Below, piece by piece: positions 1-8,724 of a stretch of DNA of 64,000 nt (the stretch's first letter is position 1; every line of letters begins with the position of its first letter). The position numbers and the translations under genes were made by a program. The notes beneath the pieces were generated by a model that was not told the origin of the DNA, did not search any database, and saw only the letters and a list, made by a program, of their open reading frames with translations. This stretch comes from Vitiosangium sp. GDMCC 1.1324 (GTDB taxonomy: Bacteria > Myxococcota > Myxococcia > Myxococcales > Myxococcaceae), in NCBI RefSeq assembly GCF_003044305.1, contig NZ_PZOX01000005.1, positions 515,493 to 579,492 of the forward strand, written 5' to 3'.

Positions 1-3000
1 CCCGCCGAAGTAGTCCTTCGCCGGGGTGTAGGTCAGGTTCGGCGCAGTGCCAGAAAGCGTGCCGTGCGCGGGCGGAGCGACCACGGAGAAGGTCAGCGGA
101 GCCCCCAGGCGGCTCGAGGCCACCAGCGTCACCGCCACGGGCATATCCTCGTCCGTGGAGGCCACGGCGTCCGGAGCCGTCACCGTGCCGGGCTGGAGCC
201 GCACCACGCGCCCGCCCGGAATGCCGTTCACCGTGACGGACAGCAGATAGTGCCCCGGCGCGAGCCCGGGCGTGATGGCGCTCACCGAGGTGCTCGAGAA
301 CGCCGTGGGCGTCACCCGCGTGACAGCGCCCCCTCCCACGGGCATGAGCGACACCCAGGCGGGGAAGTCCGTGCCGGGAGAACTGGCCTTGCCACCACCC
401 GCCTCGGAGATCCCCCGGAAGCGGCTGCCACTCGCGACGAAGGGCGAGCCCTGGAAGAGGTCCGTGGGCAGGGTGACGGACGGGCGCCAGGCATCGCTCG
501 CGCCCACCGCGTCGTAGACCTCGTTCGCGGCGAGCGGAGTGGTTCCCCCACCGCCCAGCAGCAGCACGCGGCCCGAGGGCAGCGGCACGGCCACATGCGC
601 GTGCCGGCCCGCCGCCAGGGACACGGTGCCCACCGTCCAGCCGTTCGTCCGGGGCTCGTAGACCTCCAGCGAGGTGAGTCCGGCCCCCGAGGTGTCGCTC
701 CGGCCACCGGCCACCAGCGCCTGGCCCGACGGCAGCAGCGTGGCCGTGGCGGAGTCACGCGCCGTCGTGAGGTTGCCCGCGGCGCTCCAGGTGCCCGTGG
801 CCGGGTCATACCGCTCCGCCGAGGCGAGGAAGCTCCCCGAGGTGGTCCGGCCCCCGACCACCAGCACCTGCCCCGCGGCCAGGAGCACGCCGCCCGCTCC
901 CACGCGCGCCGTCGCGAGGCTCCCCGTGGGGCTCCAGGTGCCCGTGGCCGGGTCGTACACCTCCGCCGAGGCGAGCGCTCCCGCCGTCCCATTGCCCGCG
1001 GCCACCAGCACCTTGCCATTGGGCAGCGACAGGGCGATGTGCCCCTCGCGCGCCACGCTCAGGGCCCCCGTGGGGCTCCAGGTGCCCGTGCCCGGGTCAT
1101 ACACCTCCGCCGAGGCGAGCGGGACTCCCGCGTCATCCACGCCGCCGGTGACCAGGACCCGGCCATCGCGCAGGAGCGTCGCCGTCTGCCGCGAGCGCGG
1201 CACGCCCAGACTGCCCGTGGCGCTCCACGCATTGGCCTCGGGATCGTACTGCTCCACCACGGCGCTCGAGACGCCGGAGGCACTTCCCCCGGCCACCAGC
1301 ACCCGTCCGTTGGGCAGCAGCGTGACCGTGGCGCCCGTGCGCGGCACCGCCGGCCCGGCCACGGTGCTCGCGCTGGACGTCTCGGGCACGAACAGCTCCG
1401 TGGGGGCAACGGCCCCGCTGGAGGTCAAGCCCCCGACCACGAGCACCTTGCCCGAGGGCAGCAGGGTCGCGCTGGGGATGGAGCGGGCCGTCAGCAGGGC
1501 CCCCGACACGAGCCGGGTGGCGTTGGAGGGCTCGTAGATCTCCGCGCTGGTGGCGGTTTTGGAGCCTCCCATGATGAGCACCCGCCCATCGGGGAGCAGG
1601 AGCGAAGAGTGGGAGTAGCGCGCCACGGACATGAGCGGAGTCACGGTCCAGAGGGCCGCGGTGGGGTCGTAGACCTCGCCGCTGTTGGTGGCCATGAAAT
1701 AGAGGTACCCGTCGAAGCCGCCCACGAGCAGCACCTTGCCGTTGGGCAGCAGGGTCGCCGTGGCGAGGGCTCGCTTGTAGATGGTGTTCTTGGTGGTGGA
1801 CCAGGTGCCCGTGGCCGGGTCGTACAGCTCGCAGCTGGTGAGGGCCTGGTAGGTATCCGTGCCGAGCCCGCCCGCAACCAGGACCTTGCCATCGGGCAGC
1901 AACGTCGCCGTGGACATGCGCCGGGCCGTGGCGAGTCTGCCGGTGGCCGACCAGGTGGACGTGCTCGGATCGTACACGGTGGCCAGGGCGCTCACCGCGC
2001 CGTTGACGTCACCTCCCGCGACGAGCACCTTGCCATTGGCCAGCAGGACGGCCACGTGTCCGCTGTGCCGCTGGGGCATGTAGCCCGTGGAGGTCCAGGT
2101 CCCCGTGGCCGGGTCATACAGCTCAGCGATGTCCAGGCTGACGCTGACGATGCCTCCGGCGACGAGCACCCGGCCATCGGTGAGGACGGTCGCCGTGTGA
2201 TAGGTGCGGCTGGCCGTCATCGGGCTCGTGAGGGACCAGGTGCCCGTGGCGGGGTCATACAGCTCGGCGGTGGGCGTGCCCGTCGAGGGCGTATAGCCGC
2301 CGGTGACCAGGACCTTGCCGTTGGACAGCGTGGTCATCGTGTGCGCGAACCGCACCACGTTCATCGAACCGGTGGAGGACCAGGTGCCCGTGGCGGGGTC
2401 ATACAGCTCCGCCGCGGCGGAGGCGCCCGAGCCGGCGCGTCCGCCAACGGCGAGGACCTTGCCCCCAGGCAGCAGCGCCGTCGTGAACTCCGGGCGGCTG
2501 ACCGCCATGGTGCCGGTCGAGGACCAGCCCGGATCCACCACGAGGGGACCCGTCATTCCCTCCAGCCCGAGCACCAGTTCCACCGCCAGTGTGCGCTCCA
2601 CGAGCGCATAGCGCGCGGGCTCGCGGTGGGTGGCCACCACGCCCCGCAGCCGCGTCTCGCCCTGGCGCGCGAGGCCCCGGACATCCCGGACCACGCCGTA
2701 GTGCATGCGCAGCACCGGCACCTCCCGGGCATCGAGGAACTCGAGGTAGGACCCCGCGTCCCGCACCGCCACGACCCCCTCTGGCACCGTCACCTCGTAG
2801 CGGACGCGGTGCTCCCGGGTGCCCTCGGGCAGCACCACGTACTCCTCCACGCGCTGACTTCCCTGCCCCGCCATGCTCCACAGGTGCCCGGAGCCATAGA
2901 AGACGGCGCCCTCGAAGGTGCGCCGGGGAGCGCGCGCCCCACGGGTGTCCGCCTTCACCTGGAAGACGTGGCCCCGGGTGGACAGCGTCATCGCCTCCCC

Positions 3001-3309
3001 CTCGGCTGCGGGCCACTCCACCTTCAAGGCGGCCTCTGGAGGGACGAAGGCCGTGCCCTCTCCCTCGAAGAACTCGGGGTAGTACGCCCGGGCGAACCCG
3101 AGCGCCGTGGACTCCTCGCCCTCGCCCGTCTTCACCACCTTGGGGGGAGCGGAGAGACCCTGAGGAAGCTCACCAGGGTGTCCGAGCCGCACCCAGTCCC
3201 GGGCCACGCCAGGCGAAGAGGAGGACTCGACCGCGGACGGACTTGAATCCTGGCAGGCCACCAGGGCCAGGGCCGCGACAAGAAAGACTCGCAATGAAGT
3301 GGATGTCAT
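1..3309 (-). CDS. Kelch-repeat lipoprotein; start codon at 3309, 3' end beyond window start
   Basis: Reverse-strand translation from ATG at 3309 gives MTSTSLRVFLVAALALVAC (lipobox LVAC), followed by many approx. 47-aa repeats with ELYDPATGTWS...LPNGKVLVAGG, a Kelch/galactose-oxidase-like beta-propeller pattern. The frame is open to position 1. The ORF track omits it, probably because it runs off the edge, and the 64..3246 (+) ORF is its antisense shadow. Confidence 0.8.
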   Translation of the reverse strand, partial: MTSTSLRVFLVAALALVACQDSSPSAVESSSSPGVARDWVRLGHPGELPQGLSAPPKVVKTGEGEESTALGFARAYYPEFFEGEGTAFVPPEAALKVEWPAAEGEAMTLSTRGHVFQVKADTRGARAPRRTFEGAVFYGSGHLWSMAGQGSQRVEEYVVLPEGTREHRVRYEVTVPEGVVAVRDAGSYLEFLDAREVPVLRMHYGVVRDVRGLARQGETRLRGVVATHREPARYALVERTLAVELVLGLEGMTGPLVVDPGWSSTGTMAVSRPEFTTALLPGGKVLAVGGRAGSGASAAAELYDPATGTWSSTGSMNVVRFAHTMTTLSNGKVLVTGGYTPSTGTPTAELYDPATGTWSLTSPMTASRTYHTATVLTDGRVLVAGGIVSVSLDIAELYDPATGTWTSTGYMPQRHSGHVAVLLANGKVLVAGGDVNGAVSALATVYDPSTSTWSATGRLATARRMSTATLLPDGKVLVAGGLGTDTYQALTSCELYDPATGTWSTTKNTIYKRALATATLLPNGKVLLVGGFDGYLYFMATNSGEVYDPTAALWTVTPLMSVARYSHSSLLLPDGRVLIMGGSKTATSAEIYEPSNATRLVSGALLTARSIPSATLLPSGKVLVVGGLTSSGAVAPTELFVPETSSASTVAGPAVPRTGATVTLLPNGRVLVAGGSASGVSSAVVEQYDPEANAWSATGSLGVPRSRQTATLLRDGRVLVTGGVDDAGVPLASAEVYDPGTGTWSPTGALSVAREGHIALSLPNGKVLVAAGNGTAGALASAEVYDPATGTWSPTGSLATARVGAGGVLLAAGQVLVVGGRTTSGSFLASAERYDPATGTWSAAGNLTTARDSATATLLPSGQALVAGGRSDTSGAGLTSLEVYEPRTNGWTVGTVSLAAGRHAHVAVPLPSGRVLLLGGGGTTPLAANEVYDAVGASDAWRPSVTLPTDLFQGSPFVASGSRFRGISEAGGGKASSPGTDFPAWVSLMPVGGGAVTRVTPTAFSSTSVSAITPGLAPGHYLLSVTVNGIPGGRVVRLQPGTVTAPDAVASTDEDMPVAVTLVASSRLGAPLTFSVVAPPAHGTLSGTAPNLTYTPAKDYFGG

Positions 3310-3564
3310 GAATGTGCCGGTGAAAGAGATTCAGGAGCCGTTCACGGGTATCGGTCCGGCTCGCCTCGGTCTTGGTCTGGGTAAGCTTGTAGCGGGGCAC
3401 CAGCAAGCGGCGTACCAGCACGACGAACGGACCGGGCTCGCGGCGCTCGCGGATTCTGTCCCTGAGACGTAGACGGACGGTGCGCTGGAACGCCTCAGCG
3501 CTGGTTCGCAGCACGTGGGCTCCCATGAGGGGCGCCTCTGCGCCGGAAGGTTGCGTAGTGCCGT

Positions 3565-3597
3565 AACGCCGATGCGTGTTGAGGACACGCATCGGCG
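3565..3597. other. Perfect 13-bp inverted repeat (CGCCGATGCGTGT-tgagg-ACACGCATCGGCG) in the intergenic region
   Basis: Read directly from the sequence. It has no flanking T/U tract, so it is a stem-loop or protein-binding palindrome rather than a canonical intrinsic terminator. Confidence 0.6.
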
Positions 3598-3709
3598 CGG
3601 GGCGCCGCCCTTCGCCAGAGCCCTCGCAATCACTGATGCGCCTTGCCGCCGCCCGACGCGGTGAACGGTTACTTTCCCCTTTGGAGGCGGAACGAGGCGT
3701 TGTCTGGTT

Positions 3710-4141
3710 TCACGGTGACTGCCGAGCCCTCTTCCTTTGCGCTCCAATCGCTCCAGACGCGGCGGCACGCAGGATGCGGCGGAAGGTGGGGCATTCCATG
3801 TGACTCGGCGCGGGGCAGGCAGCGGCGTGCCGTAGGCCGTCGCGCATGGCGCTGAGTTCGCGGATCGTCCTGTCCAGCTCCTCCGCCTTGGCCGCGAGCA
3901 TCTGTCGGTCGATGCGCGGCCGCCCGTCCGGCGCGAACATCAGCGCGATCTCATCGAGCGAGAAGCCGGCTGCGCGCCCCAGCGCGATCATCGCCAGCCG
4001 TTCCAGCACGCCAGGATCGAACAGACGGCGCAGGCCTCGCCTGCCGGTAGAGGCGATCAGCCCCTTTTCCTCATAGAACCGCAGCGTCGAGGCAGGAACG
4101 CCGGATCGCTGCGCCACCTCAGTGATGTCCAGGTCTCTCAC
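3710..4141 (-). CDS. MerR-family transcriptional regulator
   Basis: N-terminal HTH MRDLDITEVAQRSGVPASTLRFYEEKGLI is typical of MerR, and a C-terminal Cys/His region could bind an effector. Confidence 0.85.
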   Translation of the reverse strand: MRDLDITEVAQRSGVPASTLRFYEEKGLIASTGRRGLRRLFDPGVLERLAMIALGRAAGFSLDEIALMFAPDGRPRIDRQMLAAKAEELDRTIRELSAMRDGLRHAAACPAPSHMECPTFRRILRAAASGAIGAQRKRARQSP

Positions 4142-4144
4142 CCT

Positions 4145-4170
4145 CTTGACCTCAAGTCGACTTGAACTGG
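4145..4170 (+). promoter_or_regulatory. MerR-type operator/promoter candidate: TTGACC -35 followed by perfect 14-bp palindrome TCAAGTCGACTTGA within the spacer
   Basis: The palindrome at 4151-4164 sits immediately after the -35-like hexamer, between the divergent MerR and methyltransferase genes. This matches the classic MerR dyad-in-long-spacer architecture. Confidence 0.45.
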
Positions 4171-4216
4171 CACAGTACGGCTTTCAATTCTCGAAGGCAC
4201 GCAAAAGGAGACGCTC

Positions 4217-5080
4217 ATGAATGTCGCGAGCCAGACCGATGACGAGCAGATGGCGCTTTGGAATGGCCCCGCTGGACGCGCCTGGGTCGAGACGCAGGAG
4301 TTGCTCGACCAGATGTTCAAGCCGATTGAAGACCTGCTCGTCGAAGCGGTTTTCGCCAGCTCCGGGCGCCGGGTGCTCGACGTCGGCTGCGGTACGGGCA
4401 GCACGACGCTCGCCGTCGCGCGGCTGCTCGGCGAGAAGGGCCGCTGCACCGGCATCGACATTTCGGAGCCAATGCTCACCGCCGCCCAGGCCCGCGCCGA
4501 ACGGCAGAGCACGCCGGCAAGCTTCATCCGCGCCAACGCGCAAAACCACGCCTTCGAGCCTGCAAGCTTCGACATGCTCATTTCGCGCTTCGGCGTCATG
4601 TTCTTCGACGACCCCGTCCGGGCCTTTGCGAACCTGAGGCGTGCAGCAAAGGACGACGCCCAAATGCGGTTCCTCGCCTGGCGGAGTCCTTCGGAGAATC
4701 CGTTCATGACGACGGCCGAGCGCGCCGCGGCACCGCTCCTGCCGAACATCCCCGCCCGCCGGCCGGACGCGCCGGGGCAGTTCGCCTTCGCGGATCAGCG
4801 CCGGGTCCACCGCATTCTGGAGGAAAGCGGCTGGACCGAGATCGACATCCGGCCGATCGATGTTGCCTGCACCCTGCCCGAGAAGGAGTTGGTCCGTTAC
4901 CTGACCCGGCTCGGTCCCCTCGGCCGGATTCTTCACGAGGTGGACGACCGGACTCGCACCCAGGTCATCGAAACGGTCCGCGCCGCTTTTGAGCCCTATG
5001 TGCACGGAGCGGAAGTCCGCTTCACCGCCGCATGCTGGATGATCGGCGCCCGAGCGCCATCCGCGACAGCCGCGCCGTGA
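4217..5080 (+). CDS. Class I SAM-dependent methyltransferase
   Basis: Motif I VLDVGCGTGSTT, with acidic post-I and motif II regions. Confidence 0.85.
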   Translation: MNVASQTDDEQMALWNGPAGRAWVETQELLDQMFKPIEDLLVEAVFASSGRRVLDVGCGTGSTTLAVARLLGEKGRCTGIDISEPMLTAAQARAERQSTPASFIRANAQNHAFEPASFDMLISRFGVMFFDDPVRAFANLRRAAKDDAQMRFLAWRSPSENPFMTTAERAAAPLLPNIPARRPDAPGQFAFADQRRVHRILEESGWTEIDIRPIDVACTLPEKELVRYLTRLGPLGRILHEVDDRTRTQVIETVRAAFEPYVHGAEVRFTAACWMIGARAPSATAAP

Positions 5081-5093
5081 GGAGGGAGCGAGT

Positions 5094-5226
5094 GCCTGAG
5101 GTGGTGGACGCTCCTCTGACTCGAGTAGCCCCAGCCGAAACGAAGGCACTGCAAATCACCGGCTTCGGGGAGATGGCGTACCATCAGGGCTTCTCCATCC
5201 TCCGCGAGATGCTGGTGCGGCTGTGA
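5094..5226 (+). CDS. Small hypothetical ORF (about 44 aa, GTG start) directly upstream of the next gene
   Basis: VPEVVDAPLTRVAPAETKALQITGFGEMAYHQGFSILREMLVRL. It ends 13 bp before a perfect AGGAGG Shine-Dalgarno for the 5240 gene. Weak. Confidence 0.2.
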
Positions 5227-5239
5227 TGCAGGAGGCTTC

Positions 5240-6106
5240 ATGAGTGTCGCGGACGCATTCCTCACGTTTCATGGCCAGGTGTACGGGCTCTGGCCGTATG
5301 AGGCCTCCTCTGAGGCCCATCACTTCCTCTTCGAGGCGGACCCGCGTCGGCTCGCGGCGCTGGTCGGAGCCGTTCACGCCTTCGAGCGCACGGCCGAGGC
5401 GGCGACCCTGGTCGACTTCCTCGCCCGGGAGCGCCCCGGCTTCGACCTCGCGCTCGACGCAGTGCGGGGGCATGTGCTCGCGTCCGAGCTCGAGGCCGTA
5501 CTGCGCGAGGACGGCGACGCGCGCGCGGCGTGGCTGGACGCTCGGGAGGACGCGGGAGGTGTGCGGACGCACCGCTACCGGACGCTCCAGTTTGGTCTGC
5601 GGCGACTCCGCCAGCTCGAGGAACTGGGGGCGGCCCGGGAGATCATTCAGTTCGAGAGGGACGAGCTGCATCGGCTCGTGCGGGAGCCACCCGCTCCGGG
5701 GGCGCTCGTCCAGGCGGCCCGGGAGCGCGCCGAGGCAGGCTATCTGCACGAGGTCTTCGGGCTCTGCCTGCAGACGGCGCTGCTCCCGGAGGCGCGTGAT
5801 TGGGGGTATGGCGTTCTTCCGAGCCTCGACGTGGACGCGGGGCCGTGCCCGCTGCCTCGGACGCTCATCTCCGACGCGTCCGAGGCCCATGCCGCCCTGC
5901 TCTCGGACGGCCTCTACGAAAGCATGGGGGCCATCACCTGGGGCGCAGCGGAGGACCTCGAGCGGACGGCTCGCGGCCTCCAGACTTCGGACCTGGCGGA
6001 CAAGGGCTGGTATGGCTCGGCGGAGCTGGCGCCGGCGCTGGCCCGGATGGGTGCACGCGGCTCCTGCGCGGTGTCGTTCACGGCCATGCACGACACGGAG
6101 GATTGA
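5240..6106 (+). CDS. Hypothetical protein
   Basis: Protein-like composition, preceded by an AGGAGG RBS. The overlapping 5244..6128 frame is Arg/Ser-rich and was rejected. Confidence 0.55.
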   Translation: MSVADAFLTFHGQVYGLWPYEASSEAHHFLFEADPRRLAALVGAVHAFERTAEAATLVDFLARERPGFDLALDAVRGHVLASELEAVLREDGDARAAWLDAREDAGGVRTHRYRTLQFGLRRLRQLEELGAAREIIQFERDELHRLVREPPAPGALVQAARERAEAGYLHEVFGLCLQTALLPEARDWGYGVLPSLDVDAGPCPLPRTLISDASEAHAALLSDGLYESMGAITWGAAEDLERTARGLQTSDLADKGWYGSAELAPALARMGARGSCAVSFTAMHDTED

Positions 6107-6113
6107 GTGGGAA

Positions 6114-6431
6114 TCATTCCCGAGGTGAAGCGGAAGCGGCCTTGCCCCGCTCCTTGAGCGTCTTCATGAAGTCACGGAAGTGCGGCTGGAGCTGCTGGAA
6201 CAGCGGGTGCTCCCGGTTGCGCAGCATCACCTCGCTGAACAGCTTGAGACCCACCGCGAGCTCCCGTTGGTCTCCCTCGCTGAGGCCTTCCTGCCGCCGC
6301 ATGCGCGAGATGATCTCGAAGAGGTCATCGTGGTTCTCGAACTCGAAGACGACAGGCTCGGAGTGGAGTGTCTCGCCTTCCCGGCGGGTGGCCAGGTGCT
6401 CCAGGCTTCGGCTCCGCCCTCGCCGCTGCAT
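6114..6431 (-). CDS. Small hypothetical protein (about 105 aa from an internal Met)
   Basis: The C-terminal two thirds (VVFEFENHDDLFEIISRMRRQEGLSEGDQRELAVGLKLFSEVMLRNREHPLF...) look like real protein. The N-terminal extension of the listed 158-aa ORF is Arg-rich and likely spurious. Confidence 0.3.
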   Translation of the reverse strand: MQRRGRSRSLEHLATRREGETLHSEPVVFEFENHDDLFEIISRMRRQEGLSEGDQRELAVGLKLFSEVMLRNREHPLFQQLQPHFRDFMKTLKERGKAASASPRE

Positions 6432-6459
6432 CAGGTGGAGAGGAGAAGAACGAGGGGGT

Positions 6460-7083
6460 CTACCCGGCTCCGGTGGACGCTTTCTGAGCCAGTACCTCCG
6501 AGAGACTGCGGGCGCGCAGGGCCTGCTCGAACCAGAGGTCGAGCGTGGCCAGGTCGGTGCAGCCCAGAATGCGCTGACGGGACTCGTCATTCACGCGCAC
6601 ACCCCGGGAGGCAAGGATCCGAAGTATCCCCTCGGCCAGTCCTTCAGCCCGCCCCTCGGCCAGTCCTTTCCGGCGTCCCTCTGCCCTGAGTCGCTGTCCC
6701 ACCGTCCACATCAGTGCCTCCACTCGCTGCTCCCGCATCAAGCAACCTAACACCTGCTGGGTGACTTCACCAGTCACCTCCGTTCCACACTCCCGGAGGT
6801 AACAGACGACCGCCTCCAGCTCCCGCGCCCCTTGGGGTGAAGTGTAGACTTCCCTGAACAGGTCTACCTGCTGCGTCAGCCGCGCATTCAACTCCCGGGC
6901 GCTCGCCAGGCGCAGCAACACCAGGGCCAGCCTCACCAGGGGTGGGCAGGCGAGCGCCTTCAGTTCCCGTTCGCTGTGGGTCATCAGGTCGTACAGGACG
7001 TACTCCAGGCGTAACAGGTACTGGAGCCACACTGGCACAGAGGAAATCCGCGCCCACGCACCATCCACGCGGCTGGAAACCAT
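6460..7083 (-). pseudogene. DUF4351-type (Rpn/YhgA-like recombination-promoting nuclease family C-terminal module) protein, apparently N-terminally truncated
   Basis: The C-terminus AEGRRKGLAEGRAEGLAEGILRILASRGVRVNDESRQRILGCTDLATLDLWFEQALRARSLSEVL matches the characteristic DUF4351 tail. No PD-(D/E)XK N-terminal motifs are present. The upstream part of the listed ORF (7084-7221) is not protein-like. Confidence 0.5.
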
Positions 7084-7167
7084 CTCGGCACGAGTCGGCG
7101 TCGCCCAACGACGGTGGCGTATGCAGGCCTCTTCACGACTTCGAGGACTGGAGCGTCTCCAGGAGGT

Positions 7168-7305
7168 ATGTCCCTTCAATCCATCCTGAGCTTCCTGGCC
7201 CTGATGATTGCCCTCTTCCATGTGCTCACTGGAAGGGTGCCACTCTGGCTCGCCGTCATCCTGCTGGCGCTGGCGGTGCTTCTGCCCTCGTGGACACTAC
7301 GGTAG
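7168..7305 (+). CDS. Possible small two-TM membrane protein (45 aa)
   Basis: MSLQSILSFLALMIALFHVLTGRVPLWLAVILLALAVLLPSWTLR has two hydrophobic helices. It sits between minus-strand genes, and support is weak. Confidence 0.2.
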   Translation: MSLQSILSFLALMIALFHVLTGRVPLWLAVILLALAVLLPSWTLR

Positions 7306-7352
7306 CCCTCCGAGCCCGAGGGCCGAGCCGCCGTTTCTCGGAAGGCGGCCGT

Positions 7353-8600
7353 CTACGGGCCCTGCTGGAGTCGGCGAAGCAGCAGCATGCCCACCACCGC
7401 CACGAAGACCGAGGCGGACACGGCGAGCGAGATGTGGGTGTTGGTCACGCTTCCCAGGAGCCCCACCGTCACTCCGCTGAACGCCCTCAGGCCGGAGGCC
7501 GACATGCTGAAAAGCCCCAGGACGCGGCCCCGGATGGTGTCCGGCGCATTCAACTGCACGAGCGCCTGGGTCATGCTGCTGAAGGAGAGCTCGAGGAACC
7601 CGGCCAGGAACAGCACGCAGATCGCCGCCGGATACCAGCGCATGAACGAGAACGTGAAGAGCGAGCATCCCCACAGGAACGCAATCTTCAACGCGGAAGC
7701 CGCTGTCGTCGGCAGCCACGTACCGCGCGTCTCGAGCAGGACGCCCGCGAGCAGCGCACCGGCCGCATCCGCTCCCAGCAGGAGCGTATAGGCCATGCCG
7801 GGGTCTCCATGGCCCAGATCATGGGCGAAGCCCGGCATCTGCGCCTGGTAGCTATTGCCAATGAAGAAAGAGGCTGCCCCCGCCAGCAACACCATGGCAG
7901 AGACCACGGGCATCCCGCGCACGTCACGGAGGGTCTGGACGATGTCGGCGAGTCCCCGGACGGCACGCTTGGGGCCCGTCGTCCCCCCGCGAAAGTGCCG
8001 GCCATAGGGTGCGCTCACCAGCCAGAGGAGGAGGGGCAGATAGAACAGCGTGTTGACGAAGATGCCCCGGGTCGGCCCGAGCATCTGCATGATGATGCTG
8101 CCCACACCGGGGCCCACCAGGACGCCGAGGTAACGGGCCGTCGCGTTCAGGCGCACCGCGCTGGCCAGGAAACCCGGGCCCACGATGTCGTAGAGCAACA
8201 TCTGGCTGGAGGTGCCCCAGAGAACCCCCGCGCAGCCGTGGATGGTGAGGAGGACCATCGCGTGCCACATCTGCAAGGAGTCCGTGACGAAGAAGTATCC
8301 CCACCCCACGGAAGCGGTGATGAAGAGCACCATGCCGGCCTGAATGAGGCGCCTGGAATCGAACCGGTCATTGAGCGCGCCCACCGGCACCGAGAACATC
8401 AAGAAGGGGAGCCAGTGGGACACCACCGCGAACCCACCCAGCGCCGCCGAGTGGAACTTCTGGAACGCCACCCAGTAGCTGATCACGTGCTCGATGTTGT
8501 CGGCCATCATCGCCAACATGAACGTGATGAGAAAGGTCCGGTATCCAGGGGTGCGGAGCGCGCTCGATTCAGCGGGGGTGGAGGCCACGGTGGAGGTCAT
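7353..8600 (-). CDS. MFS transporter (EntS/enterobactin-exporter-like family)
   Basis: 415 aa with about 12 predicted TM segments and MFS signature loops. Confidence 0.85.
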   Translation of the reverse strand: MTSTVASTPAESSALRTPGYRTFLITFMLAMMADNIEHVISYWVAFQKFHSAALGGFAVVSHWLPFLMFSVPVGALNDRFDSRRLIQAGMVLFITASVGWGYFFVTDSLQMWHAMVLLTIHGCAGVLWGTSSQMLLYDIVGPGFLASAVRLNATARYLGVLVGPGVGSIIMQMLGPTRGIFVNTLFYLPLLLWLVSAPYGRHFRGGTTGPKRAVRGLADIVQTLRDVRGMPVVSAMVLLAGAASFFIGNSYQAQMPGFAHDLGHGDPGMAYTLLLGADAAGALLAGVLLETRGTWLPTTAASALKIAFLWGCSLFTFSFMRWYPAAICVLFLAGFLELSFSSMTQALVQLNAPDTIRGRVLGLFSMSASGLRAFSGVTVGLLGSVTNTHISLAVSASVFVAVVGMLLLRRLQQGP

Positions 8601-8724
8601 CGGTGATCACGGCACAGGGTAGTGGGGGGACCACCTTACCTCAGGCCTCCTCGGAGGGCCGGGTGTCCTGCCGCAGACCATCCGAAAGGGGCCCTTGGGC
8701 CGTGCCTCCCGTCTCCTGGATGCG

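Noticed and set aside
64-3246. 1060-aa plus-strand ORF (His/Arg/Gly-rich)
   Set aside because: Antisense shadow of the minus-strand Kelch lipoprotein gene. Its composition is not protein-like, and its frame is the one expected to stay open opposite a high-GC3 gene.
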